A DNA stretch of 64,000 nt from Catajapyx aquilonaris. Taxonomy: Eukaryota. The position numbers were made by a program, and so were the translations under genes. The stretch's first letter is position 1; each line of letters begins with the position of its first letter. Location of the stretch: the NCBI GenBank assembly GCA_000934665.2, contig KZ538234.1:1-64000 (forward strand), in the 5' to 3' direction. The notes under the pieces are model-generated. The model was not told the origin of the DNA, searched no databases, and worked only from the letters and a program-made list of their open reading frames with translations. This document shows positions 39,501-50,932 of the stretch, piece after piece.

Positions 39501-42251
39501 ATGACGCATTTCTAATGCAGAATGCATACAGCAATTTTGCAATTTATAGCGCGTAAAATATATATATTTAATTGTACTGTAATTATTTTTTGTAAATTGT
39601 TTGTAAATTATACTAATTGTGAAGATCATGATATTTAATCTTTCAGCTTGGAGTTTGTCAGTATCCACAAATAAGTTCGTACAAGGAAATTTTGCAGCGA
39701 CTTTTAATTATCGTGCAATGCACAGTGCGTATGATCACGGCACCCGGAACCGAAGTTGACAAATGACCGTCTACAATATTATTCGTGACGCTTGTAGCGT
39801 ACTCCCACGTGAGACTTTTGAAATGCCTCAATATGACTGACATAAATGTACGGTTCGGGTCGATGACATAGCCTACTCACATTGAACACTATTAAAAATA
39901 GCAGTAGTGAATGGACGCACACTGCGCCCCAACGAAAATATTCAATCACCTCTCACAGGAACAAACAAACAAATGTACACGTTCGCCATCGTAACTGCCA
40001 GTCTTCAGGTATCACTTTGCAATGAAAATGACGGACGGAGGGGTCAGTGGTACATACAGTATATGCAGGGGGTCACCTGGGGGGTACGGACACAGCACCT
40101 CCCCATCCACATAACTCCACACGTGTGCGCACAATTAGTTACTTACCTTCTATCGTGTAAATTTCTTGGCGGCGGACTGTCATCCAGCTGACCGTGTCCG
40201 GAGTCCCCGTTGGACAAAACCCCGTTGACCAAATGCAACCTGTGCTGCTGTTGGTGCAGGAACAGCCGGGAGAGTCCTCTATGATCGCGCTTATTGGCAC
40301 ACACTGAGGTCAAGTCCTGAGGCTCGGGTTTGATGGTGATGGTGTTGCCGTTGGTGGTGGCGCCGCTGCTGCCGATGCTGCTAGACCCGCTGCCATGCGC
40401 GCTCTCGCCCAGGAACAAGCTCAGCTCGGCCCCAGAGGGCCCCAGCGACCCCACCCCCACCCCTATGCCCATCCCGGCTAACCCCCCCACCTCTGCAACC
40501 CCGACTTCAGACACCCCATTGGCCGACTTGGACCCTGACGTAGTCACCACCACACCGCCTCCAGAGCCGGCCCCACTGCAAGAGAGGGTACGTACGCACA
40601 CGTTCACACACTCACCTGACACACCACATGTCTATACACACCTACATTATCACAATCTATAACTACACATGCCCCGGACATACATCTAATAAATAGGGAG
40701 GACACCAAAGGTCGGGGTGATGGGTGCCGTACCGGAGAAGTCAATGCTGGAATCGGACATGAACACTGTTTCAGGTGTATCGCCAATATTTATTGCGGTT
40801 GCCTGCTGGGTTCAAAAATTTGCATTGCAGCGCCCATCGTCGCCAAAATTTACGTACACCACCTGCCTGGTGCTGCAGATGGCAAAAATCGCCACTGGCT
40901 ACTTGGAACACCCGGAAAAAATGTTATAACAACACTTTTGTATCGTACATGGAACTACGCATTTGGTTCTCGCTGGACATTTCCTTTTTTAAAGTTTGTA
41001 AGCAGAGCTGTGCTTCCCATGGCATTGTGATTTGAAGGGGGTACCGGCTGTGCGTCCATCTGAGTGTCCACCTCCTAAGAAAGGACTTGAAAGGACCTAA
41101 TTTGCATGCGCTTCTGACCGATGCTCATTTGCATGCTTCCCCCTTCGGTTTCCTACCGGACCAAGCTCTTCTTCCACGTCCCCTTCCTCACAGATGCGCT
41201 TTAACACTCTCGATTTTCAACCATTTGCTACCAACGATCCTCATATATACGAGGTATACTGTAGCAAAAGTCCAGTCCTTTTTTTAAAAAAACTCATTTT
41301 TTTCTACCCTGAAGGGAGTACCTTTTGAAGTTCCTCAGGCTACAAAACACAAAGGCCAGTTTCTCGATTGCAGGCCTTCACCCTTTCCCCCAAAAATTAT
41401 CCTGCTGGCAACCCTTTTTTTTCCAGGTTCCTCCAGAGTTATATACCACCCTTCCCCACCTACCTCCCAACAGGGGTTGTCTGAGGGCTAATTTGATTGA
41501 GGCCTCTCGGACACGGTCTTTCAGTGTTTTTGGCAGGAAGAGAGACCATCACCTCCACGCTTTTTACGGCCTGGGAATGCTGACCCCTTCTATTTCAACT
41601 TTTAAAAAAACAGCTGAGCAGCTGTTAGATTTGACCTAAGTGAAATTGTTTCAATATCAATCGAGTGTGTACTCAACACTGTGTTAATTACATCATGTTA
41701 CAGTTCGGCTATGTGGTCAGTAGATGCTGGTCATACGTATGGGCGCTGGTGACCCGGTTTCCCAGAATGCAGCATCCGGTAGCCGGGCATCACGGCCTCC
41801 CATCACGACTTCGACCCTTGCCCACCCTGCTTTTTTTTCTTCAGATGCAACCCTGCTCCTTTTCTTAATGCGACAGGTTCGTGACGTCAGACATTGGGGC
41901 GATTCTTCCGGTCAAGTGTAAAGATATATGGTGGTAACTCACGTGTTCCAGTCGACCAGGTTCTTGTCCTTATAGTAGTCGTACATGATGCTGCTGAGGG
42001 AGGCTTCGGGGACCTCGCTGATGTTGAGCATGGCAGTTGTGGCTGCTGTCAACGGGTGGTCGTAGTAGCCGGAACCCCCCTGAGATTGTCCTGTCTGACC
42101 TGGGGCGGCCCCAGGGCGCCACCCGTCCTCGGCCTCACCTCCTGATATCTCCGCCATTCGGCTCAGCGTGGTCAGCACCGGTGCAGGTGACCCGCTCTGA
42201 CCCGGCCCGCCCAGTGGGTCACCTTCACTCGACTCGGACTCGGAGGACTTC
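3421..42251 (-). CDS. grh: grainyhead transcription factor (CP2/GRHL family), spliced multi-exon CDS with 16 confidently placed coding exons; 5' end uncertain
   Basis: Manual exon joining gives a continuous frame with Grh hallmarks: [152 protein letters not shown]. All junctions are GT-AG with matching phases. Confidence 0.97.
3609..3673 (-). CDS. grh: grh exon ([21 protein letters not shown])
   Basis: Acceptor ATTTCAG, donor GG|GTGAGT, 65 nt, phase 0-2. Confidence 0.94.
4025..4214 (-). CDS. grh: grh exon, start of dimerisation domain (EKKESLDG...[31 protein letters not shown])
   Basis: Acceptor AAATAG, donor GCC|GTAAGT, 190 nt, phase 2-0. Confidence 0.94.
4993..5133 (-). CDS. grh: grh exon ([46 protein letters not shown])
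   Basis: Acceptor CTTGTCCAG, donor GG|GTAAGA, 141 nt, phase 2-2; KFHNxFPPD as recalled from insect Grh. Confidence 0.85.
5391..5443 (-). CDS. grh: grh small exon ([17 protein letters not shown])
   Basis: Acceptor TTGCAG, donor AA|GTAAGT, 53 nt, phase 0-2; preceded by a 66-nt intron. Confidence 0.82.
5510..5689 (-). CDS. grh: grh exon ([60 protein letters not shown])
   Basis: Acceptor GGAGCAG, donor AAG|GTAGGG, 180 nt, phase 0-0. Confidence 0.95.
9238..9339 (-). CDS. grh: grh exon, CP2 domain ([34 protein letters not shown])
   Basis: Acceptor TTTTGGCAG, donor AAG|GTGAGT, 102 nt, phase 0-0. Confidence 0.96.
9438..9489. repeat. 22-bp direct repeat x2 (TGGATTTGCTRCGGCCAATAAA), period 30
   Basis: Copies at 9438-9459 and 9468-9489 differ at one base. 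Confidence 0.85.
13605..13661 (-). CDS. grh: grh exon, CP2 domain ([19 protein letters not shown])
   Basis: Acceptor GTTTCAG, donor AAG|GTAAGG, 57 nt, phase 0-0; CLSTDFS motif. Confidence 0.96.
20648..20742 (-). CDS. grh: grh exon, CP2 domain ([31 protein letters not shown])
   Basis: Acceptor TTTCAG, donor AAG|GTAAGA, 95 nt, phase 1-0. Confidence 0.95.
21524..21543. repeat. (CA)10 microsatellite
   Basis: Direct reading. Confidence 0.9.
34428..34539 (-). CDS. grh: grh exon, CP2 domain ([37 protein letters not shown])
   Basis: Acceptor TTCACAG, donor G|GTGAGT, 112 nt, phase 0-1. Confidence 0.96.
37094..37256 (-). CDS. grh: grh exon, start of CP2 DNA-binding domain ([54 protein letters not shown])
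   Basis: Acceptor CATTTAG, donor AAG|GTAGAC, 163 nt; not in the ORF-track frame, translated by hand. Confidence 0.95.
37570..37742 (-). CDS. grh: grh exon (PFDYEMCQ...[19 protein letters not shown])
   Basis: Acceptor GTACAG, donor GT|GTAAGT, 173 nt, phase 0-2; [10 protein letters not shown] motif. Confidence 0.92.
38455..38699 (-). CDS. grh: grh exon ([15 protein letters not shown]...AFVERYMR...[28 protein letters not shown])
   Basis: Acceptor TTTATAG, donor CAC|GTGAGT, 245 nt, phase 1-0; arthropod Grh [11 protein letters not shown] motif. Confidence 0.9.
38830..39251 (-). CDS. grh: grh exon, low-complexity region ([11 protein letters not shown]...TP repeat, poly-Pro, poly-Ala...YFREYFP)
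   Basis: Acceptor ACTTTTAG, donor G|GTTGGT, 422 nt, phase 2-1. Confidence 0.88.
40147..40575 (-). CDS. grh: grh exon, Gly/Ser-rich N-terminal region ([10 protein letters not shown]...IKPEPQDLT...PPPRNLHDR)
   Basis: Acceptor CTCTCTTGCAG, donor AG|GTAAGT, 429 nt, phase 2-2, open and in frame with both neighbours. Confidence 0.8.
41943..42251 (-). CDS. grh: grh exon, N-terminal conserved motif (KSSESE...[14 protein letters not shown]...[18 protein letters not shown]...DWNT); possible start ATG at 42157
   Basis: Acceptor TTGACAG, donor AC|GTGAGT, phase 2-2, 309 nt; PLTAAT(K/T)AM motif typical of Grh/GRHL N-termini. Confidence 0.88.
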
Positions 42252-45200
42252 CTGTCAACAGAGAAAAAAAGGACACGCTATACATCACCAATTGTACGTG
42301 CACCACCATGCGAGACATCGCAATTGTCAGTTTCTTCAGTCGCCTTATTGAAAATTCCACAGAATTTCCTCCAATTGACATTTGGGGTCAATATAATAGT
42401 GCACCTCAGCTCGTTATGATGCCTGCGTCTACAATAAATCCAGCTAGTGGCTATTACCACACCACGGAAATCCGATAGTATCTAATTTCCTCACTCGGCT
42501 CATCTTATGGGGGCACCCTTAAGGCCATCAAGAGAAAGAACTCGAGAGGCAGAAAGAAAGAAATGGAATAAAATAGGGGCCAGCAGATGCTTGGATAACC
42601 CCCATGCAGGAGGCAGTATCCCCCGCAGGATCCACCTGAAGGTCACTTTCGGTTTCTGATGCAGGAGGGGGAAGGAGGAGGGGGAACAATAACAAGAAGG
42701 CTTTTTCTTCAAAATGGTTCGTTTGGCCTCATTGGCGCAAGGTCCATCATGCGAACAATCGGCATTGTGAGCTCCGTCTGATTGCGTCACACACGGATTC
42801 ACACCTATCTCACTCTACCGTCATTTCCGCAGGGACATCACAAAGGAGCCTCTCTGCTGGAGCCTAACACCTAAATGCCTATTTGCACCAACAGAATTAC
42901 TGGTCAGGTAGGACTGACCGCTAAGTACATCAAAAAAAAAATTCACAACAGACTTGTGAATGGTCATGCTAACCCGACTGTAGCATCTAAGTCACCCGCA
43001 TTAGCACGTCAGTCCAAAAATGTATGCATTGTACATCGAGGTACCGCTGGATCCGAGCGCCAACAGGACAAGATGCCAATCGGACAAAAACACACCAATA
43101 TATCGTAATTAAGATCCGATCCCCCGCTGCGACAATACCAATTTGGTGGCTGGGCTTACAGATTTATAGGTCGGGCGTGATCCGAAATTTCTGTGTAGGG
43201 GTGAAGGCATCATGGGATACTAGGTAGGTATCGCGGGAGAGAGAAAAGCATAATAATAAAAGTGTCTCTTGACCATCTCGGGCAATTAAAGGAGCTTCCT
43301 GCAAAGGCGGCCCCCGTAACTCAAGGCTCGGAATTTCTTTAGAGCCTAACTTTGGATGAAATACGACACAACTTTTCCAACTTTCATGCCTCCCGGATGA
43401 TTTTTTTTTCACTTGTTTTCTTGAGTGAATTTTAATCAGCTCTGCAAGACGCCGCAATTGCTAAACATGAAAAAAAATATATCATGGAGCGAATATTCTT
43501 GCGGTGAATAAAATTAAGCTGTGTGGCAAATCCGATGTGCCAATCGCTGGTTGTTGCAGGAGTTGGCGAGCAAGTCGGCTTGGAATTTTTTGGTCGCCAA
43601 ACTCGTGTTGAAAATGCCACTCACGAAGAGTAGCAACAAGGGTTTCACATTTTCTGGTTGGCAGTGCAAAAAAGTTGTCGTGTGATTTAAAGTGGTAATG
43701 ATAGGTGTAATCCCCTTCGCTTCCCCTCCCATTCCCACCCCCTACCCCCTCCACTCCCACTACACTTCTCTCACATAATTTTTTTTCCCCCATGCTAACT
43801 GATCTTCCTGTCTTAAGCAAACAAAAAAAAAGTGGAGTAGAACAAAACATTTACTTTACGTAGTAATAAACTTCAGTATAATTTCTGAACGAGTGTCTTG
43901 AGGACAAAGAGGTGCAGTACGTCGTACTTGGCCGCTAATTAGAAACAATCCCGCCTGTCGTAAAATTACCCGAGTATAACGTTCTTGCACATTAAAATAC
44001 TCTGAATACAATTTGTACCATTTTGCCCAATGCACAACATGTGTTATTTTGGAAAGCAGTGAAACCAGCATATGTTCATTTTTTTTAAGACCTGGACGAT
44101 ACAGGAAGGAAGGAAGGTTAGGTATAGGTCAGGAGGTGTGTGCACTATGGTCGGTTTTTGTGGCTGACCAGCAGGTTTGGGTGGTTGGTTTGCCAGCTGA
44201 GGAAAAATGCAGCCTGGGAAAAAGGGGTAGCTGGACAGATGGGTGGGTGGGTGGAAGGGCGGGCGCCAAATACTCGTTTGGTGTTTGGGCTTCTCCTCAA
44301 GCTCCATCAAGGTGCTACTGCAGTCCCACAGGCGGAAGGACAAGGTTACCAAACTGGATCCATCGTCTGCATCATTTTTTTTCTTCTCTCTCTCTAATTT
44401 ACTGCAGCCTCATGCACACCCAAGTAGCGCGATCATTAGCGCCATGGTGTCCAAAACAACTGATAAAAAATGATGGAGAAGACGATATGGGGGGATGAGG
44501 TATAGAGCCGGGAGAAAGAAGAAGAAAAGGAGGAGGAGGAGAGTGAAAAAAAAGTATGTGAGAGGGGTATGAATGAAGAGGTGAGCAGACAATCTGTCCA
44601 GAACTGGACTCTCCTGTTTCGAATTCTTTTTCCTTCCTTCTTTTCTTTCCTTCCTTCCTCTTCCCACCCGTTTGCTTCCATCCACAACCGGTACCGAATG
44701 AATATGGGATGCTGCTGGACCTGATCTGGAACTACTCGGGGGCTTCATTCCCAAGCCAGGAAGCAATTAGGTGAAAACCCTTGCCCTAACCTTCACTCCC
44801 AGCATGAACTATGCCCATTTTTTATCAAAGCCTCTGTTCATTCCGATCTTGATATAATTATTATCAAGTGATGGATATCAAACACTTATTTCAGCTCACT
44901 GCACAAGCCTGTGTCATAATTATGCAGCGCACTGGTTCCGTGAAACCACTTAATTATTAGATCACAATTTAATTGAATTTGTCAAACAACACCGTGTGTC
45001 AGGAGAATTTTGACACTTACTGCCAAATTTCGCTAAGTGACCTTTAGCTAATATTTTACTTTCTACAGCAATTTGCCTCCTAGTTTTGACGTATGTAGCA
45101 GTAGAGTCGTTTTAGTGTTTAGTAGTATTGCAACAAAAAATCTGAATTGTTTTGAAACATGAAGAGTCCTACATCTACCACTACTGACTATCGAGGCACA

Positions 45201-48200
45201 ATGTCACACCTATTTCCAAATTGTGTTATAACAGAACATCATACAACATCATTCAATTAGCTGCTTGCAACAATGTACAACGAACTTGACAACAACATTG
45301 AATTTGGAGAGTCCATGAATCGCATCCAATTGGCGAACAGATAAAAGGCCGCTCCATCCTTCTGCGTCACTTCTGATGCAATGTGTTTCACTCTCTAAAT
45401 CGCTCCAAAGACAGTTGTGCCACCGCCTGCCAGCTTCTCCGAACACGCATATTGTCAGCATAATTTCGCAATGCGCTATATCCTTCAGACCAAATGTCGC
45501 ATCACCCGCTGCGGTGCAACCTTGCCTGGGCTGCCATCTTGGCCGGTTCTCCCGCCTCGCCGGCCTGATGCTCTCCCTAGTCCTCACTTGCATGAGCCTG
45601 ATAATAATGGCGACAGGCAACGCTCGTAATCGCCGGATTAGAGATGTTGGTCCGGAGAATATGGGCGAGGGAAGGCGGGCGGGTAGGCTTGGCAGTGGAT
45701 GGCGGCAGGGGTGGAAATGGCAAGAATGGCTGCGGTCGACAATGGCAACCTCGACGGGGATCCGGGCGTGTCCAGGCGTGGTCCATTTACCTGGTGGCCA
45801 TCCATCACCACACCTGGGTTGTGGGTGGGTGGATGGGGCCAGCAGCCAGGAGGGAGAGAGGGGGCAGATCAAGAGGCCCATGTTGCCAGCACCTGAAGAA
45901 CCTCCAAGAGTTTGCATTTTGCACCGGTTCATCAAAGTAACGAGCCATTAATCCAATGATCCGTTAATCAAAGTGCATGGAGGCCCTGGCTTACATATAT
46001 TTTTTATGTCTATTCCTGCGAGCGCCGTCCTTGATTGCTATCTGGTCGAAAGAGGAAGCGGTGGCAAATGAATGTGAATGTGTGGGTGAATCGATGAGAG
46101 CTTGAGGACCCATAACCGTTATGAGGACCGCCCAGATACCGTCAGGTCTCATTAGTGGCGCATGCGCTATCATCTACTTCGTTATCGGCTTCGGCTCTTC
46201 CATCTTCCTCACGATTCCTCGTAAATAAAAGTTTGAAGCAAAAAGGGAACCCTCGCCATTGTTGGCAATGACGACACGTCCAACGGGGTATCTACGCCGT
46301 CAGTATATCATCTGGAGACCGATTTTTTCTGTCTGTGTCTCTATGTTGCCTGTTTGTTTGGCGAGATGCGGTGTCGTCATGGCCCCAAAAACGTGCTGCT
46401 TCCAAACGCGCAGCCCTTACAAACGACCGCATTAAGGACTACGACATGTTTCTAGCGACTGCACTAACAGCTACGGAACCTGACTTGCATTATCTCAAGA
46501 ATTATTCTGCACCTCTCGACCATCGCACGCGGAGTGCACAGATTACACCCTCTCACCTTGTGATCCGGTAATGCCACGTTAATTATTTACATGGAACAAG
46601 GAATCCAGACTATTTCCCTGATCGGAGATTTCAACGCCCGAATCAGATAGCATGTCTAATCAAAGTTGGCTCTTATTTGAATATATTCTCCTGATGATAG
46701 TCAAATTAAAAACACTCTTGAGCTATATATGTCGACATCACTTTCCTGTAGGTATCGAGCCACCTATCATCACTATTTTCCTATCGTTGCTGACCACTTG
46801 CATGTTGACACTTCTGCAGGCTAAGGTTTCGACTATGTAATCAGATGCATATCTAGGTAATTGCCGCAGTTGTTTGCTGGTCTAACCCAGATAAACAGCG
46901 CTACACACAGTAGTTGTAAAATTGGGGCCTGATTGAGGCCAAGTCCGCTGAGCGGCTCTGCCAACCCACTCAAGCATTTCTAATAAGCCCCTTTTATATA
47001 ATCGAACCGTGGTTTCTCGGGGAATATAAATTAAAGGGAGCTTCAGGGGGGTTGAAGGTATGCCGAGCAAGGTTCGGCGTAGGCATCAAATGGAGTGCAG
47101 GTGAGGTGGGGGAGGGCTGGGAAGGGAAGGGGGTGGGGGGGTTGGAATATAGAAGGAGGGGGAGGTTAGTTCACGAGTCGCATATTTTATTGTGCTATCA
47201 GAGAGCTTCGGATTTTCCAAACAGGTTTCCGGTGATTTATGTCGTAATTAAACTGTGCTTCCACATAACAATCTGCAAAGGAGCCCGTGAATATTAAGTG
47301 AGGCGGGGTGGTCAAGAGTTGAGGGGGGGTGGGATGGCACCTTTATATTTTTTTGTAATAATCTTTAGAAGAATGTTCAGGAAGCATGGGAAGATCCCAG
47401 TTACTGGGATGCCCCATTTTTGAAGTCGTAAACAAGGGTGACTCCACCCTCCAAATTTTTTTGTGTATGTGCCTTCGTTTTTCACAAAGAAGCCTTCGGC
47501 TTGAATAGCGATTCAAAATCAGGATTTATGCACCCGAAAGGGGCTTTGGGAGGTGTTTTTCTGGCAGATGGGACGAAAGGTGTTTTAGGGCTCATTTCAC
47601 CCGGTCAAACGGGGTCAAGTTCTAATTGCCGCCAATGAAGCTACGTGTCGCTTCCTGACGTGATTTAAAGGGCGCTAAATGAGTGCAGAATTGACCCTGC
47701 CATATTTACACGCTAAACAAGTCCTTTATGAAACCTGCTTGTCATTTGTACACAAATTACCTTTCACGCTTAATCTGATAGCTGCTCTTTCCGAGAAGCA
47801 TGACCGTGCTGCCGGACACCCACTTCTACGGTTGACATTGCAATTAACAGTCGTATAACTAAGAGAGGCATAGCGACATAGCGGTTTCTAGTTTCATAGT
47901 TTTGAGTACAGCGGTAGTTAAATCGAGGAAATAATGTTGTTTTTCTGTGCTGGCTGACACACTCATTTGTAAGTCGCATAAACGGCTCGTTAGCAGTGAT
48001 GTTTATAGCATCGGGCTTAGCCTCGTAAATGTCTCTTCATGGACTGCAAATTGCGCGGATTACCACATGATGCACATGAGCACAATCTGGGAAATAATGT
48101 GTGAAAGGGAACCTCCCTTCAGTCAAATCCTGAAACATGATCCTGATTTGTGGCAGCATAAAAAAGAAAATGGCGGTGAGTGACATTGGTGCAGATATCC

Positions 48201-50892
48201 AACAAGGCTCTTCATATCAGGGAGTAAATCAGAGTTTGAACTCTTATACCTTATGCAGATAAGATGTGAATGTCATGGACTCTACTATCTTATGACACGG
48301 GCAAAAAAACAGATGTGGATATAAGTAATGTTAGTTGAGGAAACTGCCTACCGAACTACATAATTAGGGTAATAAATTCCTGGGACTCTAAAGACAATTG
48401 GTAGGAGGAAGAGTTCGGCCTAACGAGTAGCAGTAAACAATTTCGCGAAGGTCTTGCGGACGACAGAAATAATTACGAAAAAAACCGAACATGCAAGAAT
48501 CTTCGTCATTGTCAACTCTCCTTTCTTTCATTGCAATGCATATGCAGAACTGATATTGCGTTTAAAGACATTTTTTGCGACCCCTCTCAGAGGTTCGAAT
48601 CCTGAATCTTAATTGCCAAAAATGTAGGAAACTAACACTCATTTGTCACTGCACGGGTGTCAAGGAACTGAATATGTGTCATAGTTGCACCTTTACCAGC
48701 AAAGACATTGCATGCAATTTACTTGAAGGCGATCCTGCTTGAATGAAGAATTATCGCCTACACAATAACTTTCGTACCGTAAATTTGGGAAAACGACATG
48801 ATTAATGTGTTATTTGATAAGTCATTTTTGCTGTCTTTTCACCTAATAAGGCAATTAATTCAATCACTACGTGGCATTTATGAACGACCATTGATGGTAA
48901 CCCGGGAATTTACTACAGCAAACCAATGTTTGCATATTAGTTTAATGTCATTAGTACATTTCCAAATAACTTGTGAAACATAAGGTGTCACACATGGCAC
49001 ACCCATCCGGCCATAAAGTGTGACAAACAAATTATCATTGCCCCATAAGCAACACGCATAATTGACTGTCATTAACAATTTAAAATCAGTCTATCGCCTG
49101 TAATTTTATGCGAATCCACTTTTTTGTGCATGTCAAAATGAGTGACTCAAGATGGCGATGTATGACGCAAAAGTGAAACGAGAAAATGTGCCTGCTGTTT
49201 ATTCGGAAGGCCAGAGACCAAGTGGCCAAAGTGTATCAGAGTGTGGGCAAAAGAAAAGAGTCAACTTTCCCCTCGGAGGCCGATTCCGTCATAAAAGTGA
49301 CACGGACCCCTCGTAAAAATGGCAGAGGTACGAGCCTAGGGTCGCGCAGGCGCACTCCAGGAAGATAAACAAGAAAATCCGACGATCCGGTTCCGTGGGT
49401 TGAGAACGTCGGCGACGAAGAAGTTGATGATGATTCTTTCAACCTCAAAATATTGGGACTGGGCCTGCCGGACAGTAAAACAGCACGAAGGCTGCTGCTG
49501 ACACGCAATGTTGCCAACCCAAACACTCCTCTCACAGGATCCCTCTGATTTATCTTGTCACTTATTCCGATTTGCCCACTCTTACTGGGGATGTCCGGAT
49601 GAAGCAACATTTCTGGAATATTTCCAACTGAGAGGCTCCTTTCTCGGTATGCCTAGAAAATGTGAACACACCTACTTTTAGTAGAAATGAAGACACCACT
49701 CTCGTCATTAAAATCTGCTTGATAAACGAGGCCCGGATTTTGATGACATGACTTTTTTTTTGGTTGGCAACTCCAGCGTGATACTTAATGTGCAACTGAA
49801 CATGTTTCTTGGTATTTCGGCTATAAAACGCTGGGTTTACGGTGAGATTTCTTAACTTTTATCGTTTCTATTTTTTGGCGACGTGCGAGTTTTTCCACGC
49901 GAATCCAGGTTATTCGAAAATAAATAAGTCGCCTGAAGGCATTAAAAAATTTAAAGGCCAGAGTAATTCGCTACCATCCAGGAGAGCGGCACCATTTGTG
50001 ATTAGACGATGTAATGACCAGGGCGATTCCTAATCGCTTCTGGCGTGGACACATTTGAGCCCCGTTAGATTTTTGCAATGAAGGTTTTGCAGCTCGAGGA
50101 TGACCTTTTGGGCTTGGGAATAAGAAGAAGACGGATCGGAGAGAGACCCCAGCTGCCCACCAGAAGGTTGAACCTAACTGTTGGTGGTCAGTATAAATCG
50201 CTGCGGCTTTATCGCGGGGACCAATCGTAACCACTTCCCACGACAATCGTGACCATCTATTGTTTCCGCCAACTCAACAACAATATTTTTGAACCTGAGG
50301 GATGGAAAATTAAGCTCATTGCGAAATTTCACTCGCACTTGCGAATCAATCCACGTGGAACTTCGCATTAGCGTTCTTATGTAGGTGTGAGGCACGTCTC
50401 ACATAAACAACGGTCTCGCATTTTGCTTTATTTCTATCTGACGTAATGAATTCGAGGAACGTCTGGTATACAGCATCACATACGTACACTCCTGATGATT
50501 TCAATATTAATAATGACTTATTGGACACTGTCTAGGCAAGAAAAGTGAAAAGGCTGCCACCCAAGTGACATCCACACAAAAAAAAAACATGAGGACTGAT
50601 CCTGATGGTCGTGTGGCTGCCACTGGTCCAGGATCAGCCTAATTGTGCCCTATAGGTACAGTCCTAAGGCTCTTCCATTCTGAACCAGTTAGGTTCGTGC
50701 CCAATTACATTCAATCTGATGCCACGTGGAAAACCCAATTTCCAGAATCCGCAATTCTTTCATGCTAATTCCAGAGAAAACGGTTTCGCATCCTGCTAAC
50801 ATTTTCCCATCACCCATCCCCTATTTTTTTACCTCTCTTCGCAGGTGTGTGCAGATATGCTTACCTGAGAGTGAGTGTATAAAATACGTGGC

Positions 50893-50932
50893 TGTATGTG
50901 TGTGTGTGTTCGGTCATGTGTGTGTGTGTGTG
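50893..50932. repeat. interrupted (TG)n microsatellite
   Basis: Direct reading: two TG runs separated by TTCGGTCA. Confidence 0.85.

Noticed and set aside
37637..40662. Long plus-strand ORFs (206, 133, 147 and 110 aa)
   Set aside because: Largely antisense shadows of GC-rich grh exons
45249..45951. 228-aa and 191-aa ORFs on opposite strands
   Set aside because: GC-rich stop-poor sequence with no domain similarity or coding-like composition; more likely regulatory
49236..49610. Ser-rich 124-aa minus-strand ORF with a phase-2 acceptor-like site as an extra grh exon
   Set aside because: No phase-compatible donor found
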